Part shown: positions 1 to 9,532 of the stretch, piece by piece
Position numbering within the stretch: position 1 is the stretch's first letter
How the letters are laid out: every line of letters starts with the position of its first letter
Assembly (NCBI GenBank): GCA_016871445.1
Contig: VHDH01000005.1
Span: 1,842 to 65,841, forward strand
Origin: Verrucomicrobiota bacterium
GTDB taxonomy: Bacteria > Verrucomicrobiota > Verrucomicrobiia > Limisphaerales > SXTU01
DNA length: 64,000 nucleotides
Direction of reading: 5' to 3'
Made by a program: the position numbers and the translations under genes
The notes under the pieces: model-generated
What the model saw: only the letters and a program-made list of their open reading frames with translations
What the model was told of the DNA's origin: nothing
Database searches by the model: none

Positions 1-1
1 G

Positions 2-1576
2 TTGCTGTTCCAATTCCTTGGCCATTGCTCCTTCAACTTCACCAACCATCCCTCGCTCTTTGCGTGGATGTGGGGCGCTTGGAGCGCGCCCGCGCTCGAG
101 GCAGAACACGGCAAGCTCGTGCCGTTTGTAGTGCTGGCACTACTGTGGCTCCGGCGCAACGAGCTACTCAACACGCCCGTGCGCCGTTGGTTGCCTGCGC
201 TGGCCGGGCTGGCGGCGGCACTGGCAGTTCATGTCGTAGCCTTTACCGTGCAGCAGCCGCGCCTCTCGATGGTAGCGCTGGCGGGCGGCGCGTGGTGGCT
301 CGTGGGCCTCGTGTGGGGACCGGGCTGGTTGCGGAAAACTTTCTTTCCGTTTCTGCTGCTGGGTTTTTGTGTGCCCTTGGAGTCGCTGGGAGAAGGGGTC
401 TTGTTCCGGCTCCGCCTGCTGGTGACCACGCTCTCTGTCGGCATCGGGCATCACCTTTTGGGTTTGGACGTACTGCAGGAAGGCACGCGCATTTTCAATG
501 CTGCCCGTACCTTCAACTATGACGTGGCCCCCGCGTGCAGCGGCATCCGCAGCCTTGCCTCGCTGCTGGCTCTCACCACGATCTACGGCTATGTGACCTT
601 CCGTGCGCCGTGGCGGCGGGTGGTCATGATTGCCCTAGCCGCACCGCTGGCCGTGGCGGGCAACGTCGCACGCATCACCACCGTCATCATCCTCGCCGAG
701 GCGTTTGGCGAGAAGACCGGCGCTGCAGCGGAGACAAACCTCGGCTATGTGACCTTCGCCGTGGCCATCGGGCTTATGCTCGCGGCGGGCTGGCTAATGC
801 GAGAACGCCCACCTGCATCAAACTCTGCTGGGCTAGCTGCCTCCTCGGACGGAGACCAGCCCGGCGCAGTAGCCCTGCCACTCGTTAGCCCGGCTTTTCT
901 CGGCGGGCTGCTGCTGATGGCTTTGGCCAGCGGGGCGATTTTTAAATTGCAAGCCCGGCAATCGCTCGGCCACCCCGGCGTGCTGGCGGAGGCGCAGTCC
1001 GGCTCTCAGCGCTGGCGCATCCCGCTACCCGAGCGCGTGGCCGACATGACTTCGGAAGAAGTGCCCGTGGTCCGGGAGGAACTCGACGGACTGCCATCGG
1101 ACACCTCTTTTGGCAAGCGACTGTATCGGACGACGAATGGCACTCCCTTGCTTTTGCAAGTCGTCCTAATGGGCCGCGACCGCACGAGCATCCACCAGCC
1201 GCAATACTGCCTGACTGGCCAAGGCTTTCTAATTGAACGAACCGAGGAAGTGCACCTCACGCTGGGCGCACCTACCGCGCGCAAAATCCCCGCACTCAAG
1301 CTCACAGCTAGCAAGGTCTTCACCACGCCCGACGGCCAGCGCGTGCCGGTGCGTGGGATTTACGTATATTGGTTCGTAGCCGACGGCGCGCTCACCGCGC
1401 ATCGGCGCGAGCGGTTGTGGTGGATGGCGCGCGAGCTGTTGCGCACCGGCACACTGCAGCGTTGGGCCTATGTTTCCTGCTTTGCACAATGCCGACCGGG
1501 TGAAGAGGAGCAAGCCTATCAGCAAGTGCGGGAATTTCTGGCCGAGGCCGTGCCCCAGTTTCAAAGGATGCCATGA
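2..1576 (+). CDS. Exosortase-family transmembrane transpeptidase fused to a C-terminal EpsI-like domain (N-terminus possibly cut by window edge)
   Basis: 524-aa ORF beginning at the window edge (TTG). The N-terminal ~290 aa is polytopic membrane, with exosortase Cys motif DVAPACSGIRSLASLLAL and GNVARITTV. The C-terminal ~200 aa carries EpsI-like HQPQYCLTGQGF and YVYWFVADG. Confidence 0.75.
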   Translation: MLFQFLGHCSFNFTNHPSLFAWMWGAWSAPALEAEHGKLVPFVVLALLWLRRNELLNTPVRRWLPALAGLAAALAVHVVAFTVQQPRLSMVALAGGAWWLVGLVWGPGWLRKTFFPFLLLGFCVPLESLGEGVLFRLRLLVTTLSVGIGHHLLGLDVLQEGTRIFNAARTFNYDVAPACSGIRSLASLLALTTIYGYVTFRAPWRRVVMIALAAPLAVAGNVARITTVIILAEAFGEKTGAAAETNLGYVTFAVAIGLMLAAGWLMRERPPASNSAGLAASSDGDQPGAVALPLVSPAFLGGLLLMALASGAIFKLQARQSLGHPGVLAEAQSGSQRWRIPLPERVADMTSEEVPVVREELDGLPSDTSFGKRLYRTTNGTPLLLQVVLMGRDRTSIHQPQYCLTGQGFLIERTEEVHLTLGAPTARKIPALKLTASKVFTTPDGQRVPVRGIYVYWFVADGALTAHRRERLWWMARELLRTGTLQRWAYVSCFAQCRPGEEEQAYQQVREFLAEAVPQFQRMP

Positions 1577-1741
1577 GCTTGACAGACCTTTGTCGGCCGC
1601 TTGCCGCTTGTAGGTCATTCGCGGGAGCGTGGCAGTAGGAGGCTTGTCGCCCTCGTCCATAACGAGAGGCGCCAAAGGAGCAAGCCTGGTAATGCTTTTA
1701 AAATGGGGTTCCACCGGATGAAGGCCCGGCTATCATAAGGC

Positions 1742-2653
1742 ATGCGACCTATCTTACCTCAACTTTGGTGTTGGCGGGTGATCGTGATTTTCGCTGCCTT
1801 TTTGCTCGGATGGGCGAACGGTGTGGGGGGAGAACCAGTGCGCTTGTCGCTTTGGCCCGGCGAGGCCCCGCTGGGTGATGGTAAAACCGAGAAGGTTAAT
1901 GTCCCCGTCACGGTTCACTTGCCGGACCCCAACAAGGCCACCGGCACCGCCATGATTATTTGTCCTGGCGGCGGCTACGGCGGGCGCGTCGTAGAGGGCG
2001 AAGGGCACGGGATTGCACGATGGCTCAACACCAACGGCATCGCGGGTGTGGTGCTCGAATACCGACTGCCAGCTGGCAACTATCATCGCCCGTTGCTCGA
2101 TGTGCAGCAGACCATCCGACTGGTGCGGGCGCGCGCGGCTGAATGGAAGCTTGCCCCTGAGCGGATTGGAATTGTCGGGTTCTCGGCCGGCGGACATCTG
2201 GCCTCTTCCGCAGGAACGCACTTCGACTCGGGTAATCAGCAATCTTCGGATGCAGTTGAGCGACAGAGCTGCCGGCCGGACTTCATGGTGCTCGTTTACC
2301 CCGTCATCACCATGGGCGAGAAGACGCACGGCGGCTCGCGCCGAAATCTGCTCGGGGCAGCCCCCTCAGCTGAACTGATTGAACTGTTTTCCAACGAGAA
2401 GCAGGTCACCCCCAAGACTCCACCAGCGTTTCTTACCCACGCCCGGACAGATGCGGTTGTGCCAGTGCTTCACAGCCAGATGTTCTACGAAGCCCTCAAG
2501 GCTAAGGGCGTGCCGGCCGAGTTACAGGAGTTTCCAAAGGGCAACCACGGTTACAGTGGCTACAAGGGTGAAGAGTGGGACGCTTGGCAAAAACGTTCCT
2601 TGGAGTGGTTGGGCGAACGGGGGCTAATGGGCCGACCAAATCGAAGTCGCTAA
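1742..2653 (+). CDS. Secreted alpha/beta-hydrolase (esterase/lipase type, carbohydrate-esterase-like)
   Basis: 303-aa ORF with ATG start and a hydrophobic signal-like N-terminus. Has PGGGYGG oxyanion-type motif and nucleophile elbow GFSAGGH (GxSxG). Confidence 0.75.
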   Translation: MRPILPQLWCWRVIVIFAAFLLGWANGVGGEPVRLSLWPGEAPLGDGKTEKVNVPVTVHLPDPNKATGTAMIICPGGGYGGRVVEGEGHGIARWLNTNGIAGVVLEYRLPAGNYHRPLLDVQQTIRLVRARAAEWKLAPERIGIVGFSAGGHLASSAGTHFDSGNQQSSDAVERQSCRPDFMVLVYPVITMGEKTHGGSRRNLLGAAPSAELIELFSNEKQVTPKTPPAFLTHARTDAVVPVLHSQMFYEALKAKGVPAELQEFPKGNHGYSGYKGEEWDAWQKRSLEWLGERGLMGRPNRSR

Positions 2654-2854
2654 ACTCAAAGACGAAGCGCTGAAAGCGTGCTGATTCCCAACGGGGTCGC
2701 CCCATTTCGCTGACAACCTTTAGCTGCAAACCATCCTCGTGACCCTTGCTGACCCGCTGTCATTTGCCGCAACCGCGTCGCGCACCGGATGGAAGCAAAA
2801 CCTGTGACAAATCTGTGTCCGCAGGCCGAGTTTCTTCAATTTCCCAAGTGTTTA

Positions 2855-2928
2855 TGGCTGTCCGGCATGGATTCGAACCATGACAAAAGCCTCCAAAGGG
2901 CCTTGTGCTACCGTTACACCACCGGACA
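2855..2928 (-). tRNA. tRNA-Gln (anticodon UUG)
   Basis: 74-nt cloverleaf on the minus strand. Acceptor TGTCCGG/CCGGACA, D-arm GTGT-AACGGTA-GCAC, anticodon stem AGGCC/GGCTT with loop CTTTGGA (anticodon TTG), T-arm CATGG-TTCGAAT-CCATG. Discriminator G and encoded CCA. U1:A72 pair is typical of bacterial tRNA-Gln. Confidence 0.9.
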
Positions 2929-3156
2929 AACCTTAAATAGAACCTAGCGGACACACGCACACAGGCAATGGTTTTTTCTGCCGCCGCACATCACAGTTGC
3001 ATAATGACGCGCTGACCATACGTGTCACGGCCTGCCGCTGGGCGTGCCGGGCGTTGCTCTTGATGAGCGGCCGATAAACGCCTGCCTGGACGGCAAAGAT
3101 AATCCCGAGAGGCGCTACTGCCACAAAGGACGAGCGCTCTGCCGGCGCACTCCAAA

Positions 3157-6100
3157 TCACTTCGCGGTCAAGCGGCGGGTGATGTATTCACGGAGCAGGG
3201 GGATTTTGGCCTTGGCCAGCAGGAGCGCGCCCTTGGCCGGGTCGGCGGCGACGATGGGCTCGGTGGCATACCAATACATCAGCGGGAGGTTGTGGTCGTC
3301 CGCGTCCTCGGCGTGGGCGAGGAGGGCCTCGACGATGGGCGCGCGCTGCGCGACGGTCAGCCGCTGGCACGCGCTGGCGAGGTAGAGGCGCACGACGGGC
3401 GAGGGGTCTTCCTTCGCGAGCCGGGCAAATTCCTTCAACGCGGCGTCGCCGGGGTTCTTGTCCTCGCAGAGGAGCTGGATGGTCCACGCGCGAAGGGTCG
3501 CGTCGGCATCTTTCAGGCGGTCCACCGGATTGTAACCTTTCTGAACGCCATGGTTGTGAAGAGTCCACAACGCACGGAGCCGATAAACATTATCCTTCGA
3601 GTCCAAGAGAATTCTGGCCAAGCCCGCCGAGGTCGGGGCGGGCAGCATTGAATGCCCCAAGTCGGCACGGAGGGGGTAGCGCTCTTGCAATACACGGCGC
3701 GCATGGCGAGCGTGCCACTCATTCGAATCAGTCAAGCGCTTGACTAGTTCCTCATCGCTCGCCTTCGCCAAGTCCGGCTGCGTCGCCTTTTTGTTGCCGT
3801 AGCTGATTTTGTAAATTCGCCCGTTGCTCCGGTCATGCACGTTCGGGTCGCGCTGGTTGTGGCATTGCTGGCGGTCATACCAGTCAATCACGAAGACGTT
3901 GCCGTCCTGGTCAATCATCTGGTTGAGCGTCTGCGAGGCGCGGTCGTTGAAGTTCAGGAAGTCCGGCGCGTGCTTGCCCACGTAACCGCTGCCTTTGCGC
4001 TCGGGCACGTCCACGTTCAGGCGCTGGCCGTGGATGTTCCCGATGAAGAGCTTGCCGTGATACTCCTTGGGCCAGCTCCCGCCGAGGTAGCACATGAGGC
4101 CCGCGTGCGCGTGACCGCCGCCCGCCGCGTCGGAGCGCGCGTTGCCGCCGTGGGGCGTCGCGCCGAGATAGTGGCGATGGTCGGCGATGGTCTTGAGGTC
4201 GTCGTAGATGAACGGGTTGATGGGCTGCACCTTCGCGTCCTTGAAGCTGTAGGAATTCTCCGGCTGGCCCTGCTGCGGGGAGAAGCTCTGGTCGAAGTAA
4301 TTCGCCGCGACGCGCCGGGCCTCCTCAATCGTCGGCGCGTAGTGCTGGCCGGCCTGGCGGTGGTAGCGGCCGCCTTGAATCATGTGGAACAGGTGCGGGA
4401 TGACGCACGCCTCGATGAAGCAGTGGCCGTATTCGTTGAAGTCAATGCCCCACGGGTTGCTCGTGCCCTCGGCGAAGACCTCGAAGCGTTTCTTCACCGG
4501 CTGGTAGCGCCACACGCCGGCGTTGATGAACTGCCGCTCGCTGTCCGGCGCGCCGGCGACCTTGACGTGCGAGTGCGTGAAGACGCCGTGGCAGCCGTAG
4601 AGCCAGCCGTCCGGGCCCCACGTGAAGGTGTTGAGCATCTCGTGCGTGTCGTGCCACGCGAATCCTTCGAGCAACCTCTTCGGCTCGCCCGCGGGCTGCG
4701 GGCCTTTGTCCGTCTCCTTCACGGGAATGTGCAGCAGCCACGGCGCGGCCCCGACGAACACGCCGCCGAAGCCCCACTCGATGCCGGACGCGAGGTTCAG
4801 CCCCTCGATGAACACCGTGCGCTTGTCGTGCTTGCCGTCGCCGTCCGTGTCCTCGAAGACCACGATGCGGTCGTCGCCTTGGTCGCCCGGCTTGCGGATG
4901 GGATAGGTGTAGTTCTCGATGACCCAGATGCGCCCGCGGTCATCAATGCACATCGCGATGGGCTGCTTCACGTCCGGCTCGGCGGCGAAGACCGTGACCT
5001 TGAAGCCCGGCGGCAGCGTCATCGCCTTCACGGATTCCTCGGGTGAAAGGCCGTTGAACTTCACCTCGTCCTGCGGGCCGGGCGGCGGGCCTTTGGGCGC
5101 GGCCTTCGCGGACGCGACCGCCGCGAGCGCCGTGGCGGCAATCTTCAACTCGTTGGCGAACACGGGCCGCTCGTCGTAGAGCTTGAAGTCGTCGAAATTC
5201 AGGTGGCCCCAATGCCCGCCGGCCTGCTCGTCCACCACGCGGATGAAGACCTCCTTGTTCTGATGCTTCTCCAAGTCCGCCACCACGGGCGCGAGCGTCT
5301 CGGTCGAGTTGTTCGTCTCCTTGAACTTGTCCGGGTCGCCGCCGGGCGTGGAGAAAATCACGTTGCCATTGCCCGTGTTCACAATCTCAACGCGCGTCGA
5401 GCGGTAAGGCCCCGCCGCCACGAGGAACGCCGCCCAGCGATGCGTGAGGCGGAAGGGTTTGCTCGTGAGCGTGCCCGTCGCCTCGTCGCCGAGGCCGCGC
5501 TCGTAGGTGCCAATCCAATACTTGCCCACGTGCCCGCTCTTCATGGGCGGCCGGCGCTCCACGACCGTGTCGCCGAGGATGGGCTGCGCGGCGAAGGCAT
5601 TGCCCGTCGCCGTCCAGTCGCGCAAATCGCCGGTCTCGAAGTCCGTGTTAAGCGGCTTGCCGTCGAGGCCGACGGGCAGGACGCCCTTGGTGGAGAGCGG
5701 CGGGTTCGGCGCGACGGAATCGGGCGACTTCTTCCCGGGCGCGGCCTTGGGCGCGGCCTTGGTTTTCTCCGCCTCGCGCGGTGGGCCGGTGCGGACGATG
5801 ACGTCCTTCGGGTTCACGGCTTCCTTGCCCGCGTCGGCGAAGAGCACTTTGGGCTGCGCCTTGTTCCACTCGTCAGCCGAGACTTTGCGCCGCGTGGCGG
5901 TGAAGGCGAACGCGCCTTTCTTGTTGCCGATGATGAAGTCGGGCGTGCCGTCGCCGTTGATGTCCGCGACGCCGATTTGCCGGCCCACGCCGGAGTCGTT
6001 GTCAATGAGGTGCGGCACCCAGTCCACGGACTTGTCGGCGTTGCGCTGGAGGCGGAACCAATAAAGCACGGCGGGGTCGGCCACGCCGGGGTCGCCGCCG

Positions 6101-7146
6101 GGGCCGTGTGCCCAGAAACATTTGCCGGTGACGAGGTCTTTGAGGCCGTCGCCGTCCACGTCCACGAACTCGACGGCGTGGAGCTGCGAGAAGGCGACGC
6201 CGTAGCGGTTCTCGCGCGGCTCCTTGTTCATGATGACGTGCGCGCGGAACTCAGGGCTGCCGGCGGCGTCCTTGGACTTGAGCTGCTCATACCACGCGAG
6301 GCCGTAGCCGTGCGAGGCGAGCGCCGTGACGACGTCGTTCAAACCGTCGCCGTTCACGTCGTAGGCATACATCTGCGAGCTGGTCGGGGCGAAAAACGTC
6401 TTGTGCCACTTCCACGGGCCGGCGGTGCCTTTGGTCGGCTGCTCGAGCCAGCCGTCCTTGAAGAGCAGGTCCGCTCGGCCGTCGCCATTCACGTCGCCGA
6501 CGCCGAGGCCGTGGGTGAACTTGGCCCACTTGCCGTCCGCCGTGATGGCCGTGAAGGGCCACTTGGCCGTGGGGTTCTCCGGGTCGGGCTTCGCGTAGCC
6601 GAAGTTGCCCTTGTAATTGCAGACCAGCTCGGGCTTCCCGTCGCCATCGAGGTCCGCGAAGGTCGGCGATTCGTTGTCCACCTCGTCGAAGACCTGGTGC
6701 CGCGCCCAGTGCTGCTCCTTGCCCTTGGGATTCAGGTAGAGAAAGGCCGGCGTGCCGGGCAGACCGTAAGTGAGCACGTCATTCCAGCCATCCCCGTCAA
6801 AGTCGTGGACGAACGCGAAAAAGTTGTCGGACGAGTAGGAGTTCTTGCTGCCCAGCGCGCCCTCAAAGCCGGGGAACTCCACGTCGGCGCCGTCCTTTTT
6901 CGTCTTGGTCGTGCGCGTGGCGGGGTAAATCTCATGGCGCTTGGTGAAGGCCGGGCCTTCCCACCAATACGGCCCGAAGACGGCGTCGGGTTTTCCATCG
7001 CGGTTCAAGTCGCCGAACATCGCGCCCTCGGACCAGTAGTGTTTTTCGAGCTGTTGTTTCTTGAACGACACGAGTGTGTGCTCGGCAGCAGTGAGGGAGA
7101 GCGAGGTCAACGCGGCTAGCGCAAGGGCGAAGAGACGGAGTTTCAT
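3157..7146 (-). CDS. Large secreted multidomain protein: FG-GAP/VCBS-type propeller + lectin-like beta-sandwich + PVC 'membrane-bound dehydrogenase' domain + HEAT-like repeats
   Basis: 1329-aa ORF with ATG and signal peptide MKLRLFALALAALTSLSLTAA. Seven DxDGDG-type motifs (DLNRDGKPD, DFDGDGWND, DLDGDGKPE, DVNGDGRAD, DVNGDGLND, DVDGDGLKD, DINGDGTPD). Central MTLPPGFKVTVFAAEPDVKQPIAMCIDDRGRIWV is typical of the Pirellula/Verrucomicrobium dehydrogenase-like domain. Helical repeats at the C-terminus; no CxxCH anywhere. Confidence 0.7.
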   Translation of the reverse strand: MKLRLFALALAALTSLSLTAAEHTLVSFKKQQLEKHYWSEGAMFGDLNRDGKPDAVFGPYWWEGPAFTKRHEIYPATRTTKTKKDGADVEFPGFEGALGSKNSYSSDNFFAFVHDFDGDGWNDVLTYGLPGTPAFLYLNPKGKEQHWARHQVFDEVDNESPTFADLDGDGKPELVCNYKGNFGYAKPDPENPTAKWPFTAITADGKWAKFTHGLGVGDVNGDGRADLLFKDGWLEQPTKGTAGPWKWHKTFFAPTSSQMYAYDVNGDGLNDVVTALASHGYGLAWYEQLKSKDAAGSPEFRAHVIMNKEPRENRYGVAFSQLHAVEFVDVDGDGLKDLVTGKCFWAHGPGGDPGVADPAVLYWFRLQRNADKSVDWVPHLIDNDSGVGRQIGVADINGDGTPDFIIGNKKGAFAFTATRRKVSADEWNKAQPKVLFADAGKEAVNPKDVIVRTGPPREAEKTKAAPKAAPGKKSPDSVAPNPPLSTKGVLPVGLDGKPLNTDFETGDLRDWTATGNAFAAQPILGDTVVERRPPMKSGHVGKYWIGTYERGLGDEATGTLTSKPFRLTHRWAAFLVAAGPYRSTRVEIVNTGNGNVIFSTPGGDPDKFKETNNSTETLAPVVADLEKHQNKEVFIRVVDEQAGGHWGHLNFDDFKLYDERPVFANELKIAATALAAVASAKAAPKGPPPGPQDEVKFNGLSPEESVKAMTLPPGFKVTVFAAEPDVKQPIAMCIDDRGRIWVIENYTYPIRKPGDQGDDRIVVFEDTDGDGKHDKRTVFIEGLNLASGIEWGFGGVFVGAAPWLLHIPVKETDKGPQPAGEPKRLLEGFAWHDTHEMLNTFTWGPDGWLYGCHGVFTHSHVKVAGAPDSERQFINAGVWRYQPVKKRFEVFAEGTSNPWGIDFNEYGHCFIEACVIPHLFHMIQGGRYHRQAGQHYAPTIEEARRVAANYFDQSFSPQQGQPENSYSFKDAKVQPINPFIYDDLKTIADHRHYLGATPHGGNARSDAAGGGHAHAGLMCYLGGSWPKEYHGKLFIGNIHGQRLNVDVPERKGSGYVGKHAPDFLNFNDRASQTLNQMIDQDGNVFVIDWYDRQQCHNQRDPNVHDRSNGRIYKISYGNKKATQPDLAKASDEELVKRLTDSNEWHARHARRVLQERYPLRADLGHSMLPAPTSAGLARILLDSKDNVYRLRALWTLHNHGVQKGYNPVDRLKDADATLRAWTIQLLCEDKNPGDAALKEFARLAKEDPSPVVRLYLASACQRLTVAQRAPIVEALLAHAEDADDHNLPLMYWYATEPIVAADPAKGALLLAKAKIPLLREYITRRLTAK

Positions 7147-7387
7147 ATGGGCGGGGCGATGGAAAAGCTGACGGGCGAGCGGAAAGGCTGCTTCACCGAG
7201 CGGCCTGAGAGCTTGCGTATTTTAACTGAGAAATTTCCACCGAGAAGAGCGGGCGCAGCGGCACGTTAACTCGAATCAGCTTCACGCTATGGTTGTGGCA
7301 GGCAGGGGCGGAGGGGTCAAGCCATTGACGGGCGGGCTGAGTAGTTCAGCGTTGCAATTCCCGCCCGCGCCCCGCCCAGAATCAGCC

Positions 7388-8392
7388 ATGCGCTCCACCT
7401 ACCTTGCCGCCGCCATGCTGGCCTTAGAGTTTACTGTGTTCGCCGCCGCTCTGCCTGAGGGCGTGCGCCGCGTGAAAGTTTTGAACTACCCGGACTGCTT
7501 CGAACTGGCCAACGCTGATACTAAGGTCACGCTCTGCCATCAAGTTGGCGGACGCGTGTTGGAATACGCGCACCAAGGAAAGAATGCGCTTTACCTCGAC
7601 CCGCGCGAAGAAAAGTGGGGCACGCCCGGCGGGCCGAAAGCCCCGGCCAGCGCTGGACGCTTCGATATCGGACCCGAGTATCTCATCCCCAAGCGCGACG
7701 CGCTCTGGGCCGGCGAGTGGGCCGCCGAAGCCACCAGTCCGCGCGCCGTGCGGCTCACGAGCAAGCCTGACGAAGCCACGGGGGTTCAACTCATCCGTAA
7801 CTTCCGCCTTGCCGCGACGGGCACGCACCTTGCTTGCGAGCAAATCATTAAGAACGTCTCACAGGAGACGAAATATTGGACGCACTGGAGCCGCACCTTC
7901 GCCGTGCATGGGGGCATCGGCGTCATCCCGCAAACGCCGGACACGCGGCGCTACCCGAACGGCTTCGTGATGTATAATCAGGGTGCAGAGCACAGTATTA
8001 TCCTGCGCCCCACCGACCCAAATGTGCGACTACGCGGGAACTTCCTCGAAGTCCTCGGCCCCACGCGGCAGCCCAAGCTCGGCTTCGACTCAAACGCCGG
8101 TTGGTTCGCCTACGTAATGCCGCACGACCAGGCGTTTGTTAAGCGTTACCCCTCGCCCAAGGACGGCGTTTATCCCGAAATCGCCGGACTCACGCTGTGC
8201 TTTTGGTATCCGCAGGCCACGCAGGTGCCCGCATGCGAATTGGAGCCGCACGGCCCGCGCCAGCCCATAGCGCCGGGTGCGAGCGTGAGCTTCATCGAAG
8301 ACTGGTTTCTACTGCCGCACAAGTTTCCCGCCGCCGGCGAGCAGATTGACTTGGCGAAACTGGCGGCGCAAGTAGACGCGGCGTTTAGATGA
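7388..8392 (+). CDS. Secreted hypothetical protein (possibly aldose-epimerase-like / DUF4380-type beta-sandwich)
   Basis: The ORF runs 7289..8392. The internal ATG at 7388 gives signal peptide MRSTYLAAAMLALEFTVFAAA. The family assignment is only a weak impression. Confidence 0.45.
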   Translation: MRSTYLAAAMLALEFTVFAAALPEGVRRVKVLNYPDCFELANADTKVTLCHQVGGRVLEYAHQGKNALYLDPREEKWGTPGGPKAPASAGRFDIGPEYLIPKRDALWAGEWAAEATSPRAVRLTSKPDEATGVQLIRNFRLAATGTHLACEQIIKNVSQETKYWTHWSRTFAVHGGIGVIPQTPDTRRYPNGFVMYNQGAEHSIILRPTDPNVRLRGNFLEVLGPTRQPKLGFDSNAGWFAYVMPHDQAFVKRYPSPKDGVYPEIAGLTLCFWYPQATQVPACELEPHGPRQPIAPGASVSFIEDWFLLPHKFPAAGEQIDLAKLAAQVDAAFR

Positions 8393-8438
8393 ATGCCAAA
8401 TTGGTAATGCGAAATGCGTAATACGAAAAAACGCCCTT

Positions 8439-9476
8439 ATGCCTATCCCCACAATCGTTCTGACGCACGCTGGAGGTCCACACCTTGATGCCTATTTCGC
8501 CGGCCTTGCGGCCAGCACCGAGGTAGGCGAAGTCTCTGTCGCTGACCCGAGCGGAGCCACCTTCGCCACTGCACAAAAGGTGCTCGGGCCGAAACTCAAG
8601 ACCACCGGTAAAGACGCCGGCGCGTTACTGCGCGAGCAAAAGCCCAAGTTCGCCCTGGTTGCCATGGAAGCCGTGCTCACGCCGCCGGCGATTGATGCCG
8701 CGCTGGAGCACGGTTGCCATGTGATGGCCGAGAAGCCTGCGTGCGTGCGCGCGGCGGACTTCGAGCCACTCGTGCGCAAAGCCGAGGGCAAGCACCTGCA
8801 CCTAATGCTCGCTTTCGCCAACCGCCTCCGCCCTGAGGCGCGCGAGGCTCAGCGGCTCGTGCGCGAAGGCCGCCTCGGAAAGCTTTACGGCATGGAAATT
8901 CACCTCGTCGCTGACCAAACGCGGCTCAAGAACCCGAGCTACAAGCAAACGTGGTATGGCCAGAAGGCGCGGGCGGGCGGCGGGCACTTCACTTGGCTGG
9001 GCATTCACTGGCTTGACCTCGCGCTCTTCATCACCGGTGCGGAAGTCGAGGCCGTCGCGGGCTTCTCCGGCGGCGTCGGCGGACAACTGCTGGACGTGGA
9101 GGACTCAAACGCCGCCGCTTTGAAGTTCACTAACGGCTTTTTTGGAACGCTCACGAGCGGCTACTACCTAGATCGTGGCTATCACCAGCACATTAAAATT
9201 TGGGGCGCGCAGGGCTGGCTGGAACTAAACCACCAGCCCGACGTCACGCTGAAGTGGTATTCCACTGCTGAGCCGAAAGTCAGTGGCATCCAGACCTACA
9301 CGCCACCCGCCGAACCGACCGGTTACACCCCGTGGGTCCACGCCTGCGCCCGCGCTGCCGCCGGCCAACAAGACCCGCCCGTCACCGGCCGCGAAGGCCT
9401 CCGCGTGCTCGATGCCATCTACGCCTTTTACGAAGCCGCGAAGTCCGGCCAGACTAAGGCGGTTAAACGCGCGTAG
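8439..9476 (+). CDS. Gfo/Idh/MocA-family NAD(P)-dependent oxidoreductase
   Basis: 345-aa ORF with ATG. Has an N-terminal Rossmann-like region and the family EKP motif (HVMAEKPACV). Confidence 0.8.
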   Translation: MPIPTIVLTHAGGPHLDAYFAGLAASTEVGEVSVADPSGATFATAQKVLGPKLKTTGKDAGALLREQKPKFALVAMEAVLTPPAIDAALEHGCHVMAEKPACVRAADFEPLVRKAEGKHLHLMLAFANRLRPEAREAQRLVREGRLGKLYGMEIHLVADQTRLKNPSYKQTWYGQKARAGGGHFTWLGIHWLDLALFITGAEVEAVAGFSGGVGGQLLDVEDSNAAALKFTNGFFGTLTSGYYLDRGYHQHIKIWGAQGWLELNHQPDVTLKWYSTAEPKVSGIQTYTPPAEPTGYTPWVHACARAAAGQQDPPVTGREGLRVLDAIYAFYEAAKSGQTKAVKRA

Positions 9477-9532
9477 TTTAGTCCTCGCCCGGCACTGAAT
9501 GACCCTGCCTTGGTAGCGGCCCAACCAGCCGC

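Noticed and set aside
2654-3156. Possible integrated element next to tRNA-Gln
   Set aside because: There is no integrase, no phage or IS genes, and no visible direct repeat of the tRNA 3' end in the flanks. Ordinary chromosomal genes lie on both sides.
5203-7119. Very long ORFs antisense to real genes (for example 5203..7119, 3835..5046, 9719..11200, 42225..43922, 47120..48667, 50405..51376)
   Set aside because: These are typical stop-codon-poor antisense frames of a GC-rich genome. Their translations are Arg/Ala/Gly/Val-rich low-complexity sequence with no recognisable motifs, while the opposite strand encodes well-supported proteins.
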